Assembly: GCA_958009085.1 (NCBI GenBank)
Contig: OY253677.1
Location: 248,001 to 312,000 of the forward strand
Source: Protoeuglena noctilucae
Lineage: Eukaryota
DNA: 64,000 bases
Reading direction: 5' to 3'
The notes under the pieces: generated by a model
Told to the model about the DNA's origin: nothing
Seen by the model: only the letters and a program-made list of their open reading frames with translations
Database searches by the model: none
Shown: in pieces, positions 37,301 through 49,800 of the stretch
Position numbering within the stretch: position 1 is the stretch's first letter
Layout of the letters: each line of letters opens with the position of its first letter
Program-made: the position numbers and the translations under genes

Positions 37301-40300
37301 GGTAGGCGGTGCCCAGGGTCAGGTTTCGTGCAGTCGTGGACCCGGACGTGCCGAACGATTTGGTGTAGTCGGTCGAGGTGGCGGAGTTGGGGAGGTTGAT
37401 TGTGTTGCCGCTCGTGCACGCGACGCTGATGGAAGCCCCCGCGTTTGCGCCGTTGAGCTTGACGGCGAGCAGGTAGCCCGCGGTCGGCGTCATGTACTCC
37501 TTGTCGACGACCTTGACCGTGCTGGGCACGATGGTCCCCGAGCTGAGGGAGCTCCCGCTGGTCAGGGACGTGTTGGAGCCAGCCACAATGAGGATCTGCA
37601 TGGGCTGAATCACGATGCTGACCGAGAAGCCGTCCGAGGTCGTCAGGTGGTTGGCCGCCGTCGTGACCTTGCACGTCAGCGTGATGGTCTTCGAGGTCGT
37701 GATGGAGTTCGGGGTGTTGAGGGTCACGTTGACGGCAGTCGTGTCCGTCACGGCAGCCGCTGTGGGGGTCGCGCTGAAGTCGCTCGTCCCCGACTCGGTG
37801 CAGGTCAGCGCGTTGGCACCGCCAGAACTGCCGTTCAGCGCCACCGTAAGCACCGTGCCGCCTGCATCAGCCTGGCCCTCCACCACGACCACCTGGCCCA
37901 GGGAGCTGCTGCCGATCGTCGACACGATGGCCGTGTTCGCGCCATACGCCGTCAGGTTGCCCGTGCTGTCGACGGACTTGTAAGCAGCCGACTGGGCTGT
38001 CACGATGAAGCCCAGCGGCTGGAGCGTCAGGTTGAGCTGGAAGCCGTCCGATGTTGTCAGGTGGTTCCCCGCGGTGTTGACCTTGCATGTCAGAGTGATG
38101 CTGATGGGGGAGCTCAGGTCCGCCACCGTCATCATGTCCATGGCCACCTGGGTCGTGTCGGTGACGTTCGCAACCGTGGGCACAGTGCTGCTGGCGAAGT
38201 TTGAGGCGGTGGTCGTCGTGCATGTGAGGGCATTGGCGCCCCCCGATGCACCGTTCAGCGAGACCTTGATTGTGTTACCCGCAGTGTCGGCCTGGCCCTC
38301 GAGCAGGTACACGGTCGTGTTGGAAGTCCCGCTGATGGCAGCGGTGATGGCCGTGGCTGTGCCGAACGTGGTCAGCGCGTTGGTGGACGCCACGCTCTTG
38401 ATGGCGCCCGTCTGGGCCGTCACGATGAAGCCCAGCGGCTGCAGGACGATGTTCAGGCTGAAGCCATCGCTGGTCTGCAGGTGGTTGCCCGCCGCAGCCA
38501 CCGTGCACGTCAGCGTGATGGTCTTGGCCGTGGACAGGTCGGCGATTGTGTTCATATTGACAGCCACGTTGGTCGTGGTCGTCACGGGGAGGACGGTGGG
38601 GACGACACTGTTGGAGAAATCAGAGGCGGTCGTCGTCGTGCACGACATCTGGTTGGCGCCGCCCGAGTTGCCGTTCAGCTGCACCTGGAGGACCGTGCCG
38701 CCCACGAGGGCAGCCGTGACCCCGCCGAGCGGGTTCCCGAGCGCCGTCGCGTTGGCCGCGCTGACCGTGAACGTGAGGGCCGTGGACACGTTGGAGCCAG
38801 TGAGAGCGTAGACGACTTTCACCGTAACGTTTGCAGCCCAGGTGCCTCCGAGGTAAACGACGTCCACTGCTTTCACGTTGGTGTTCTTCGCGATGGCATT
38901 GGCCCCGGCGACGGTCCCCGCCGCCGTCGACACCACCGTGGGAGTGGTCGTCTGGGCCGTGTTGGCCGTGCCTGCCGTGATGGTGAAGGCGTTCGTCGTG
39001 CTGAGCGCGGCCGTCCCATTCAACACCTTGGACAGGGCGGCCGCGAGGGCGCTTGCGACAGTGGTGGTCGACGCAACAGAAGTTGAGTCGAGCGTCAGAG
39101 TGACGACGACGTTCCCGATGGTCACCGTAACGGTGTTGCCGGTCGCAGGAGTCCCGCCGATGGTGACCGTGTCGACCTGCTTCGTGCCCGCCGCGTTGGC
39201 CGTCGTCGTGGCCTGGGTAGCCGTCGTCGCAGTCCCCCCCGTGGCGGTGACCGTGTAGGTCGGCAGCGCCGTGCCCGCCGTCGCGGCGGTGATGGTGACC
39301 ACATTTGTGCTGCTGGAGATCGCGGCGCCGCCGAGCTGCGGGCCCAGCGCAGTCTTGAGCCCCGCGATGACCTGCGCCAGGGTCGTCCCATCCGTCGAGT
39401 TGACCGTGTACTTCCACGACACGGCTGCACCGGTGGTCGAGTCGGCGACAGTGATCGTGTCGGTCGCCACAAACGTGCCGCTGAGGGCGATTGCGTCTAC
39501 CTGCTTTACGTTGGTGCTCTTGGCCATAATGGCGGAAGCGAGGCCCCCCACGGCGCTGGAGCCTGTCCCCACCTGGGCAACAGTGACCGTGTACGTGTCA
39601 ATCACCGCATTCACCGCTGTGGCAGTGAGCAAGAGGACGTTGTCCGTGGCGATGGTGGCGCCGCCAAGCGGCGAAGCCACCGCGGCCTTGACCCCCGCGG
39701 CCACGTTGGCAAGCGTCACCCCGTCGGTGCTGTTGGCCGTGTACGTGACCGTCGTCTTCACGTTGGTCGTGTCCACCTCCACGGCCACGGTATCGGTCGC
39801 AACGTAGGTGCCGCTGAGGGCCACCTGGTCCTGCTGGAACGCAGTGGTACTCGCTGCAACAACACTTTGCTTAGTACCTGCGGCACTTGACCCTGTCCCG
39901 ACCCTGCTAACGGTCAGCGTGGTCGTGAACGACGAGTTGACTGCGCCAGCCGTCAGCAGCAGCGCCCCGGCCGTCGAATCCGCGTCAGTCTGCCCTTCCA
40001 GCAAGAAGACCGTGTCATTGCTCGACCCGCCCTTCACGGCCGTCAGCGTCGTGGCAGAGCCGAACGGGGTGAGCACGTTAGTCGACGCCACGCTCTTGGT
40101 GGCGCCCGACTGGGCCGTCACGATGAAGCCCGGCGGCTGGGCGATGACGTTGACAGCGAACCCGTCGCTTACCGTTACGAAGTTATCCGCTCCGCTGCTG
40201 ACGACGCAGGTGACGACTGAGGAAGTCGCCGTAGCTACGTCGCTGAAGGTCTTGAGGTCAACGCCGACCCCGGTGCCAGACAACGAGTTGGCGCTCGCCA

Positions 40301-42140
40301 CGGCGGACGCAAGGGCGGGGGTGGCCGAGTACGTCGCCCCCGTCGTCGAGCAAGTGAGGGTGTAGCTGCCCCCCGAGGGCACGGCGTTCATGTAGACCTT
40401 GAGCGTGTTCCCAGAGCTGTCAGCCTGCCCCTCGAGGCGGTACACTGTGCCGTTGCTTGGACCGTTTACGACGGACACCAGCGCCGTCTCGGCGGTGAAG
40501 TAGGCGAGCTCGTTCGTGGTCTCGATGCTCTGAATGGCCGTGGTCTGGGCTTTGACGATGAAGCGCACGGGATCAGCGATGACCGTGAAGGTCACGCTAT
40601 CGGTGGTGCTGAGCCCGCCAGCGGCCGAGCTGGGGGCGCACGTGACCGTGACGGACTTCTGCGCGCTGATGGCGGCAACCGTGCCGATGGTAACGTTGAC
40701 GGCGGTGGCAGTAGAGATGGTGCTGGCGACCGTCACGCTGGGGATGACCGTCGTGTCGCTGGGGGTGCAGGTGATGGTCACGGCAGCGGTCGGGGCCGAG
40801 TTGGCCTTGATCGTGACCGTGCCGCCCGCAGTGTCCGCCTGCGCCTCGATGCGGACCACCTGATTGTTGCTGGATGTCAGATCCGTGTTGGCTTTGAAGT
40901 TTGTGTACGTGCCATCGGTGTTGATGGACTGGATGGCGCCGTTGGCTGCAGTGATGACCAGCTTGAGCGGGGTGGCGGCCACGTAGGTTGACGCCGTGCT
41001 GTAGACGCGCCCGGCGGCGTTGGTGGCCGTGCAGGTGAGCAGGATGTTGGAGGCGGTGCTGATGGACTGCACTGCCGGCAGCGTGATGCTCGAGGCCGAG
41101 GTGCCCGAACCGCTGGCGATGGAAACCGTGTAGTCGGTGCTGGTCGTGCTGTTGGCGAGGACGGCGCTCATGGTGCTGTCGACCAGGCACGTGACTGTCA
41201 GCCCCTCGGGGGCGTTCTGGTCCAGGACCACCTTGAAGAGGCCTCCGGCCCCGTAAGCGTTGCCCTCGATGGCCTGCACGCTGTCGTTGGTCGTCAGCTT
41301 CTGATTGGTCAGGAAGTTGGCCCCCGTGTCGCCGCGCATGGCGCTCGTGCCGGGGACGATGGAGAGCACCAGCGGAGTCGCCGTGACGGTGGCGGTCGCC
41401 ACGTCGGTGGACGTCGTCTTGGCCAAGGAGAGGTAGGCGCCCGTGACATCCGCCGCGACGGTGCACGTCACGGTAGCATCCACGCCTGCCGGGATGGGGT
41501 CCACGACGTTGACCGTGAAGGCGTACGTGCCAGCCGTCAGGGTGCTCGGGAGGGTGGTGCCCGAGGTCGCGCTGAGGGAACACGTGATGGTGACGGCCGT
41601 CGTCCCCGCCCCGCACACAAGGCCGGAGGCGCAAGCCGAGCCGGCTGTGAGGGAGGGGAAGGAGACGGTGACGGGGGCAGTGGAGCTCGCCGAGGCCAGC
41701 GTGTACTGGTTGCTGGCGGCGACGGGCGAGGTCGTCTTGGAGGTGACGGTGACCTTTGTGGCGCTGCCGATGCTGCCGGTGGTGCCTGACGTGCAGGTCA
41801 GGTCGAACGAGCCGCCGTCCGCGACGGGGGAGATGACCTGGAGGACAATCTGGGCGTTGAAATCCGCCACCTTGGAGCCGCTTGTCACGACGATGGCGGG
41901 GCCACTGACCAGGGCCGTGGTCGCATCCGTCGTCGTGCTGCCCGTGCCCAGGAGCGTCGACTTGGCCGCGTAGAAGGCGAGGTCAGCCGCGTGCGCGAAG
42001 CCCGCGAGACCGAGCGCCAGGGCGCTGGCGAGGAAAAGGGACCTGCGGCGAGGTAGTAGGCGGAGACAAGGGTGACGACAAACGGAAGAAGCGAAGCGCA
42101 TCCACCGGAATGCAACGTGCGCGGAAACTCACTTGAACAT
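31312..42140 (-). CDS. Giant (~3,544 aa) secreted T/S/A/V-rich repeat protein, putative GPI-anchored adhesin or cell-surface protein
   Basis: Exons are 42140-42133 (ATGTTCAA), 42042-31746 (10,297 nt, open throughout) and 31641-31312. The spliced N-terminus MFKSLFLASALALGLAGFAHA is a signal peptide. It has about 20 two-Cys beta-rich repeats, an SRRALL motif, a PT linker, and a hydrophobic C-terminus KKSGAAATLVSSGLVVLGAVALLL. Confidence 0.88.
31950..41400 (-). repeat. Tandem intragenic protein repeats of about 120-130 aa (about 20 copies)
   Basis: Recurring pattern EG...VxLxxN..P...V(T/S)(Y/F)xCTSS...T(L/I)P...TTVTYTCAP..AAGG.TT.D..(F)DVxV. Near-identical DNA (gtcacgatgaagccc) recurs at about 38000, 38420 and 40117. 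Confidence 0.85.
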
Positions 42141-43829
42141 CGCGGGGAACGCTCTAGGTGGTCGCGTAAAGCGCCAGGAGGCCCAGCCGGAAGAGCCGTT
42201 CAAAGCAACGCCCGTGCTGTCGACCCCAGAACTCCCTGCGAAGGTGCGGGAGAGACATAAAATGCCAGCTGCGATCGGGTGCCAGTAATTCGCTGGCCGC
42301 TGCGCCCGGCAGGCCTCCCAGCACGTGAATTCCGCAACGGCCCGCCGGGTCGCGTCCTGCACAGAGCTTGCAGATTAGGAAGGCCTGAGCGGTAGCCGCA
42401 CGCACCTGAGGCGGGCAAACTTGCGAGGCCGAAGAAGGGGCTTTCCCTGCACCGGAGCCCCAGGAAATCCGCAATCGGGATGCCGCGGCGTGCCCCGCGG
42501 TGCGTTGAAAGGTGACTGGAAGAAGGACGACGCGCACGGCCATGAGGGGGGGCTCGCAGCGCCGGACGCTCGCCGTGCAAGCTCTGCTTCGCGCTCGTGG
42601 GTCTGACACTGAGTCAGCACAAATTGGAGTGTCTGACCGGAGCCCCTCATTGTGGGAGGCCCACCAAGGCAACGGAAGAGACATGTAATAGTGCTGTAGT
42701 GTTTTGGGCGATGAAGAAGCCACCCAGATGCAAAGAGAACTTTTTTCGATTCTTCTGCGATTTTGTTGCGAAACGTTTGCGCTAACAAAAGCCTCTTCTA
42801 GGGCCTGAATGGAATATTTCATCAGTGTTTATTATTGATGAGATTTTTGTTTTGATTTTCACACAATGATGGCAAAACCTGTAATTAAGTTTTTCTTCCT
42901 AGGCTTTCATGAGCAACGCGAAAATTTCATCAACGTCTGCTTTTGTCTTCGATGCAGCAGAAAGCGTTTACAAGGCGCCTTATGCTTCTTTGCGCATTTT
43001 TTGTTACAGAAACGCACATTCCCCTTTTTTACGGATTGTTTGGTTTCCGATTGTGGGACTGGAGGCTAAAATTGACGTCGAGAAAAAAATGACGGGTCGG
43101 ATAATCGCGTGGTTTGCAAGTGCCCCACGCAGAAACAGTGCTGAGTGCCTTGAAAATTTCCCACATAGTTTCCGTGTACATATCGAATTATGTTTGCCCC
43201 GTAGGAAGGCGCGGGGCTCCTCTTGAGGCTCGTAGGCGCAGGTGCGCCTTGCCCTCTCGGTGTGTGGCTAGGGCGGGCGTTACCGAGGTCTAGGCTGGCT
43301 CGGGCATGCGTTGTTGCTTAAACGCTTTCAATTGCCCAGCCCCACGCGCAGAGCGTTGCGCGTTCGGGGGTCACCGAGTTTATCCATCTCTCCACGTCCC
43401 CCGTGCCGAAATCTACCCGTAACGGAAGTAACGCTCTCGTTCCATCTTGTAGGTCCGGCGGCGGCCCTCTAGGCTTTCCCCAAACGACGCGGGACCCACC
43501 CAGTCATGCGTTCCATCCTACGAGCGAGCCATGGAGCCATGCCAGGCCCATGAGCAGCCCGACTCATCGCCGGCAGATCCTGAAGCTATCGAAGCAGCTG
43601 CCCTCTTGCACCTTGCGCCTTGCCAGCCGCTACTTCGCGTGCCCGTGGGAATGCCGCGCCCCCATCCCATCCTAACCCGGTTTCCGAGGGCAAACTGCGG
43701 TGCCAAGGGCTGTTCATACGTTTCTCTCACTGTTTCAAAATGCAGCGGTTTTGCACACAGGCCGCACCCTCCACCAGCGCATCCTCTAAAGCAATCGTCG
43801 CCGCTTTCGCCCGCTTCCGCCAGCCTCCG

Positions 43830-46800
43830 TCAGTTCATGGACCCCGAGCAGTTGGGGGCGCCGCAGTCGCACGGGATCTTGCCGTCCTCGTCTTCCTGCG
43901 GAACGAGATTCCCGCGCCGGGGATGAGCGGCCCTCACGATCGGGCACCAGCATAGCACGCGCACCCTCCCTCACGCGCCCCCCTCGCCTGGAAGCGGTAG
44001 TTGAAGGTGAGCTCCTGGCCCATGCGGATGTCCGAGCGGGAGATGAAGACGAGGTGCTCCCTGCCGTCGACCTCGACCGTCTTGGCGTACATGCACGGCG
44101 TGCAGGCGTGGTTGGCGAACCGCGCGATGTGCCCGCGGTCCGTGGCGTCAATTACGGCGTCCCCCAGCGCGAACAGGTAACAGTCCTTGCCGCGCGCGCG
44201 GTACCCCCGCTCCCTCACGTCCGCCACGGGCCGCCGCACCACGTCCCCCCGGTACTCGGTGATGAAGGTGTCCTGGGGAATGGCGCGGCGGGCCATCAGG
44301 CCCCAGCCGTGGATGCCCGACTTGCCGAACACGATCGTGTCGCGCTCGCGCTCCAGCATTTCCTGCGAGCGGGGGCGGCTGCCATGGAGCGGTCCCTCCA
44401 TGCTCCATCGCCATTGCAGGTGCTTCTCCGATGCGGCGCGCCCCCCCTCGCCTTGAGCCTCTGCTTGATGGGCTTGGACGCCCTCGCCGCCCGCTTCCTC
44501 CCCGCCAGCTCCCGCAGCTGCTGCCCCAGCTCCCGCTGCCTCCGCCGCAGCGACTCAAGGCTCTCCTGGCGCGACTGCAGGTCCCGCTGGCACCGCGACA
44601 TGTGCTCGGCCACCAGCTGCGGGGGAGGGGGGAGAAGTTGGCCACACACATGCTGAAACTTGATGACCAAGTCGACCCACCCACCAGCGTCACAAACGCC
44701 AACTCCCGCACCTGCGGCAGCACTTGGATCTTGAGCACCGGCTGCAGGCTCCCCAGCGGGAAGGTCTGCGTGACGTGCCCCGACACGGCCGTGCTCTGCA
44801 TGGGCACAGCCACCTGCGCCTCCGCCTGCGCCTGGCTCATGCCCAGCAGGTGCGCCAGCTGCAGCGTCAGGTTGGTGGCCCACGTCTGGTGGAAGATGGC
44901 CAGGTGCGAGTGGCGGGCCTGGGGCGACAGCCCTGGGTGGCTCATGATCTCCTGCACCGTCGAGTCCTGCAGCGACAGCTGGCGACGCAGGGCCTCCACC
45001 ATGCTGCGGGGGCAGGGAGGGCAGAAAGGGTTGGTGAGAAGGGTGGCAAGGGTTGTACCATTGCCACACGGGTCCAGGGGCAGCCTCGAGCGCTCTGCAA
45101 TGCGCGCACATCTGTCGCATGGCCATCGCCGTGTATAGCAGACCACCGCCGCCCCAACCGCCACATCCCCCTCACCGCAGCCGCCCGATCAACGCGTCCA
45201 CCTCCTTCGCCACCCCTGCCAGCTCCTTCCCCACCCCCTCCAGCTCCTTCCCCACCGCACGGTGCTCCGCCTCCCGCCGCGCCTCCTCCGCCGCCGCCTC
45301 GGCTGCCCCCGCGCCCTCCTCCTCCTCATCCTTCACCCCGTCTCCCGCGCCCTCACCCTCCTTGCCCGCTCCCTCGCTCTCCGACGCGCGGCTTTCGGGG
45401 CGGCCCGCACGCTGCAGCCACGCCTCCCCCTCCACCGCCTGCGACTCGGGGAGCTCGCTCCACCGGCACCGGCGGGGCCCGCCCAGCACCTGTGCTGTCG
45501 CGTGCACGAACGCACGCTTGCCCGCCCGAGTGGGAGGGCCGCGGGACGTCGAGCCGCGAGGCGCCACCGCCGCCGCTGCCGCCGCCGCCCCGGTCGGGCG
45601 GGGACCCACGGGGCCGGCCCCCGCCAGTGCGGACATGGCGACGCCCCCGCCTCCCTCGGCCAGGTCCTGGGCGTCGTCGTCCGTCCGGCGCGCCTGGGGG
45701 AGGGAGACGTTGCAAGTGGGAGCGTGGCATGAGCACGAGAGGCTGGCCGGTGGCAGAGGGGAGGCTGAACATGCACAGCCACTGCCCTGCCCTCGCCTGC
45801 TTGCATATCACGCACAGGCAACCGTCCCTGTGCCTCCCCGGCCCCCCTCCCCTCCCCTTGGGCCTCCCCGGCTTGACTCCCCGCACCCCCGGCGGCCCCT
45901 GCTGCGCCCGGGGCACCTCCAGCCCATGCGCGATGAGCCAGTCCCCCACCGTCTCGCCCTGCCCTGCGAGCCACGAAGCGAAGGCCAGGGATGTCAGAGC
46001 GAGGTGTCAACCGTGTCGCATCCCCCGTTTGCAGAGCCCTTCACCATGCCTCCACCCCCATCCGCTCATGTCACCCGCTCCTGTCCCCCTCGTCGTGCCC
46101 CCAGAGCCCCACCCGCTCACCGGTCTCTCTGAGTATGCGTATGGTGGCCTTCCACTTCTTCGACGACTCCTTCCCCGCCAGTCTCTCGAACTCCGTGGGC
46201 GTCACCTGCCGTCCCGTGTCCTCCAGCACCACCGACATGTGGCGGGGGCGGAAGGTGCCGCGGAGGCTGCGGGGGAAAGAGGGGCGGTGGGTAGGGGGAT
46301 GAGCGCGGAGGTGCGGTGGAGGGGTGCGGTGGTAGAGGCGCAGGGTGCGGTGCGTGAGGGTGGCCCTGTGGCATTGACAGCTGCAATTGTCATTCTCATC
46401 CCAGTTTCCGCATCCGCATCCTCGCCTTCCGCACATGACCTTGACTTCCTGCGGCGCGTTGCCCCCCAGTCCCCCCAGCCACTGCACCACCTCCCGGGAC
46501 AGGTCCAGCTCCTCCATCTCGCGGTCGTCGTAGAGGATCAAGTGGCGGCCCGTCACGGGGTTGAAGCCAGTCACTGCGAGATACGAGACACTCTCGGAGC
46601 GTGGCCGTTGAGCGAAGTTTGCCAAGTAGTACGTTGTGCGCGTGTATCCAGGCCACCTCACGAGCACAGCGCCAAACGGCCGCGTGCACCCCATGCAAAC
46701 ACCCCCACCAGTCGTGCACAACCCTCTCACCCGTGCCGGGGTAGTAGATGTCGTCGTCTGCCCAGTAGACGTTGATGCGGTGGCCGATGCGCTCGGGACC

Positions 46801-49800
46801 CACGCGGGGGCTCACCACGGGGCGACCGTCGTACGAGGGCTGCATGTGCGCGGGGAGCGTGCTGAAGCCGCCCGCCCTGTTCCCCCGCGGCGCCGCAGCG
46901 GCCCTGGGGTCCTCGAACGCAGACCTGGCCCCCGCCCCCGCCCCCGCCCCCGGCAGCCGCGCCCCCCCCCCCCGGCCCCGGCATCATCATGTCCGTCAGG
47001 GGGGGGTCGAACCGCAGCCGCCCGTGCCTCAGCTCCCCCGCCACGTCCTCCTCCCACGCGTCCCCGTCCTCGTAGGCCAGGCGGTGGCGGCCACGCAGCA
47101 AGTCGAAGTCCTCCACCGTCGCCACATACCAGGCGCCGTCGTCCGGCCAGTACACCTGGCACCTGCGGGTGGAGGAGAGGAGAGGGAGAGTGAGCACCGC
47201 ATAGCAGATAGAGAGGGGCTGCCAGGCAGTCCATGCCAGGGGCATGGAACCCCGCTCGGTCGCACCACGCGCCCAGCGATTGAACCCCGATGCTGTGCCC
47301 CTCCCATCCATCGTCACCTGCGCCCCACCACGGCGCGCGGGTGGCTGCGGACGAAGGCCTCCTCGGGGGACAGCCGAGGGCCCTGCGTGGACGACGGAGC
47401 ACCCGCCACCGCGCTTGCCCCGACACCCGCACCGGCGCCCACCCCCACTCCCGCAGCTGCCCCGACGCCCCTGGCAATGCCCGACGCCACGGACGGCGTC
47501 AGCGACCGCAGGGCATCGTGGGCCGCCCCCACCAGCCCTGCCCCCGCCTCCGTGCCCGCCCCCAGCAGCGACAGCCCCAGCCCTATGCCCGAGTCCACGC
47601 GGCTCTCCGGGCGGTGCATGAGGGCATTCAGCAGGTCGTCCGCGCCCGCCTCTCCCCCCGGCGCGGGCGTGCAGCTGAGGAAGAGCTGCGAGGGCGTCAG
47701 TCGCCCTGACAGGTCCCCAAACACGCCCATGCCAGGGGTGCCGGTGCGGAGGAGGTCCCCAAAGAGACCCGGGGTGTCGGCGCGGAGGCCCTCGAGCGCA
47801 GCCAGGGGCGGCAGGAGCAGCGCGGGGGGTGACATGACGCGGGGCACCGGGCGCAGGACCGATGCCGTGGCGTGGGCGGCGCGGGAGGGGGGGCGGAGGA
47901 AGTCGGCGAGCGCAGGGTGCTGGAGCGCCGAGGCGGGGCGGGAGGGGCCGCGGGTGAAGGCGGAGGGGATGCCGGAGGGGTCACCCACAGCGCTGAGGGT
48001 GGGGGGGACGAAGGGTGGCGTGTGGGTGTCGGTGAGGATGTTGTGCCGTGGCAGGGCATGAGCAGGGCGGCAGAAGAGAGCCAGGTGCAGGCGGCATGCG
48101 TTTGCTTAAGGCGCGGCTGCCACGCTGTGCTCGGGTCAAGGCAGCCTGGCCTATGTCACGACAGTGCACCAGTCACACGCACTGTCCCTGCTCGCCCTCA
48201 CCCGTGCTGCTCCTCCAGCGCCCGCAGTGCGCTGCCCACGTCCGTGTCCGCCTCGCCAGCCACGCCACGCGCTCCCGCTGCCTGTGCCTGTGCGGCTGCC
48301 GGCCCCATCACTGCCGCAGCCACGCTGGCTGGGAGCGGCCCCGCCTGCCCCGCTGCATGGGCCAATGCCTGACTTAGCACCTGCCCCACTACATGAGCTG
48401 TCGCCGGCCCCATTGCTGGAGCGGGTGCCTGCGGCCCCGACTGACCCATGGCCGCATCGCCTGTCCCCGCCCCTGCAGCACTCGCCTCCCCCGGCCCCCG
48501 CCCCGCCCCCGCCTCCGCCAGCAGCGCCGTGCTCCCAAACGCCGCCCCCGACGCCCTCCGCAGCTCTGGCCCCTCTCCACGACCTGTCAGCCCCTCCTGC
48601 GCCCCCTCCTCTCTACTCATCTCCACCTCGCGCACCGCATCGCCATTCTCCTCCTTCCCCACGCCCTCGTCCCCCCTCTGCCTCTCTCCCTCCGCCTCAC
48701 CCCCCCTCCGCATGCGCCTATCCACCCTCCGCACCACAGAGTCGATCACGGCCCAGCACTCGCGTCGGCAGTGCTCCGTCCACTCCTCATAAGCGCTGGC
48801 GTTGAGGGCCAGGTCGTTCATCACCTGGCGATCTGAGAAGGGTGAGCGGGGAGCGAGATGGTCAGATGCGTGGTGTTGGGGGCTGCACCGGGGTGCCTGA
48901 CGCATGCATGTCGGCACTGCAAGCGACTCGGTCACACCCATGCCATCCCAGCCCCATCTCTTGCGCCCCACTCACCGATGCCGTGGGTGTCGAACCACTC
49001 CTGCATCGTGACCTGCGGCTCCCCCTCCTCGTCGCACACCCACAGGGACAGCTTCCACTTCTTGGCGTCCGCCCTGCCGCAGATGGCCTCGAACTTCGAC
49101 GCAGACACCTCCGCCCCGTTGTACGACACACGCTGCGACCGCACCTGCATCACGCCCGTGCGGCCGTTGCTGCGGGGGGGGGGAGAAAGGGGGAGAGGGG
49201 TTGAGTGGGGCGCAGATGGCCTGTGCGGCGGTCGCCCACCACTGCACTGTGATGGACTCGGGCACATCAACCATCCCAACGCCACCGTGACCCACCACTG
49301 CACTGTGATGTACTCCGGCACCCCATCCGGCAGGGGCAGCAGGTCCGTGGGCTGAGGATCACTCGCGGGCGCATCCCCCTCCGCATCCGACCCCGCCCCG
49401 CGCCCGCGGCCCCTGCCACGGCCCCTGCCGCGACGACCACGGCCGCGCCCACGCCCGCCACCACCATTGCCGCCCCCGCCTGTCCCCGACGCTGCGAGGG
49501 TCCCGCGGCCTGCAAGCGAGCAGACGCACATTCGAGTTGTATGCTGTGCTGGGATGCAACGCCTGCCTTGTTGGGAGATGCGCAGTCTAACCACAGACGC
49601 TCCAACTCCCTTCCACTCACCTCGCCCCCTCCCTCGTCCCCTCCCCCTCCCCCGCCCTCCTTCCCCGTCCGACTCTGCGGCACAACACAGTGCGGGTAGA
49701 TTGGTACCTCACGCCAACCATCACCTCGCAACCCCGCCCACGTCTACACCCACACATGCCACATCACCCAACCCCCACCCACCCCCTCACCTCCCCCCTC

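Noticed and set aside
31768..41973. Many long + strand and alternative-frame ORFs (for example 35247-37247, 666 aa)
   Set aside because: They are antisense or frame shadows of the GC3-rich giant exon, with R/G-rich translations and no motifs.
42043..42132. ORF-track start at 42101 (MRFASSVCRHP...) for the giant protein
   Set aside because: It lies inside a canonical GTGAGT...CGCAG intron. Splicing from the ATG at 42140 gives a clean signal peptide.
42154..43226. Short ORFs in the AT-rich gap as possible foreign genes
   Set aside because: No recognisable domain, no codon bias like the real genes, and no terminal repeats were seen.
44724..48805. Long Pro-rich + strand ORFs resembling extensins
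   Set aside because: They are antisense shadows of G-rich exons and introns of the ATX-like gene.
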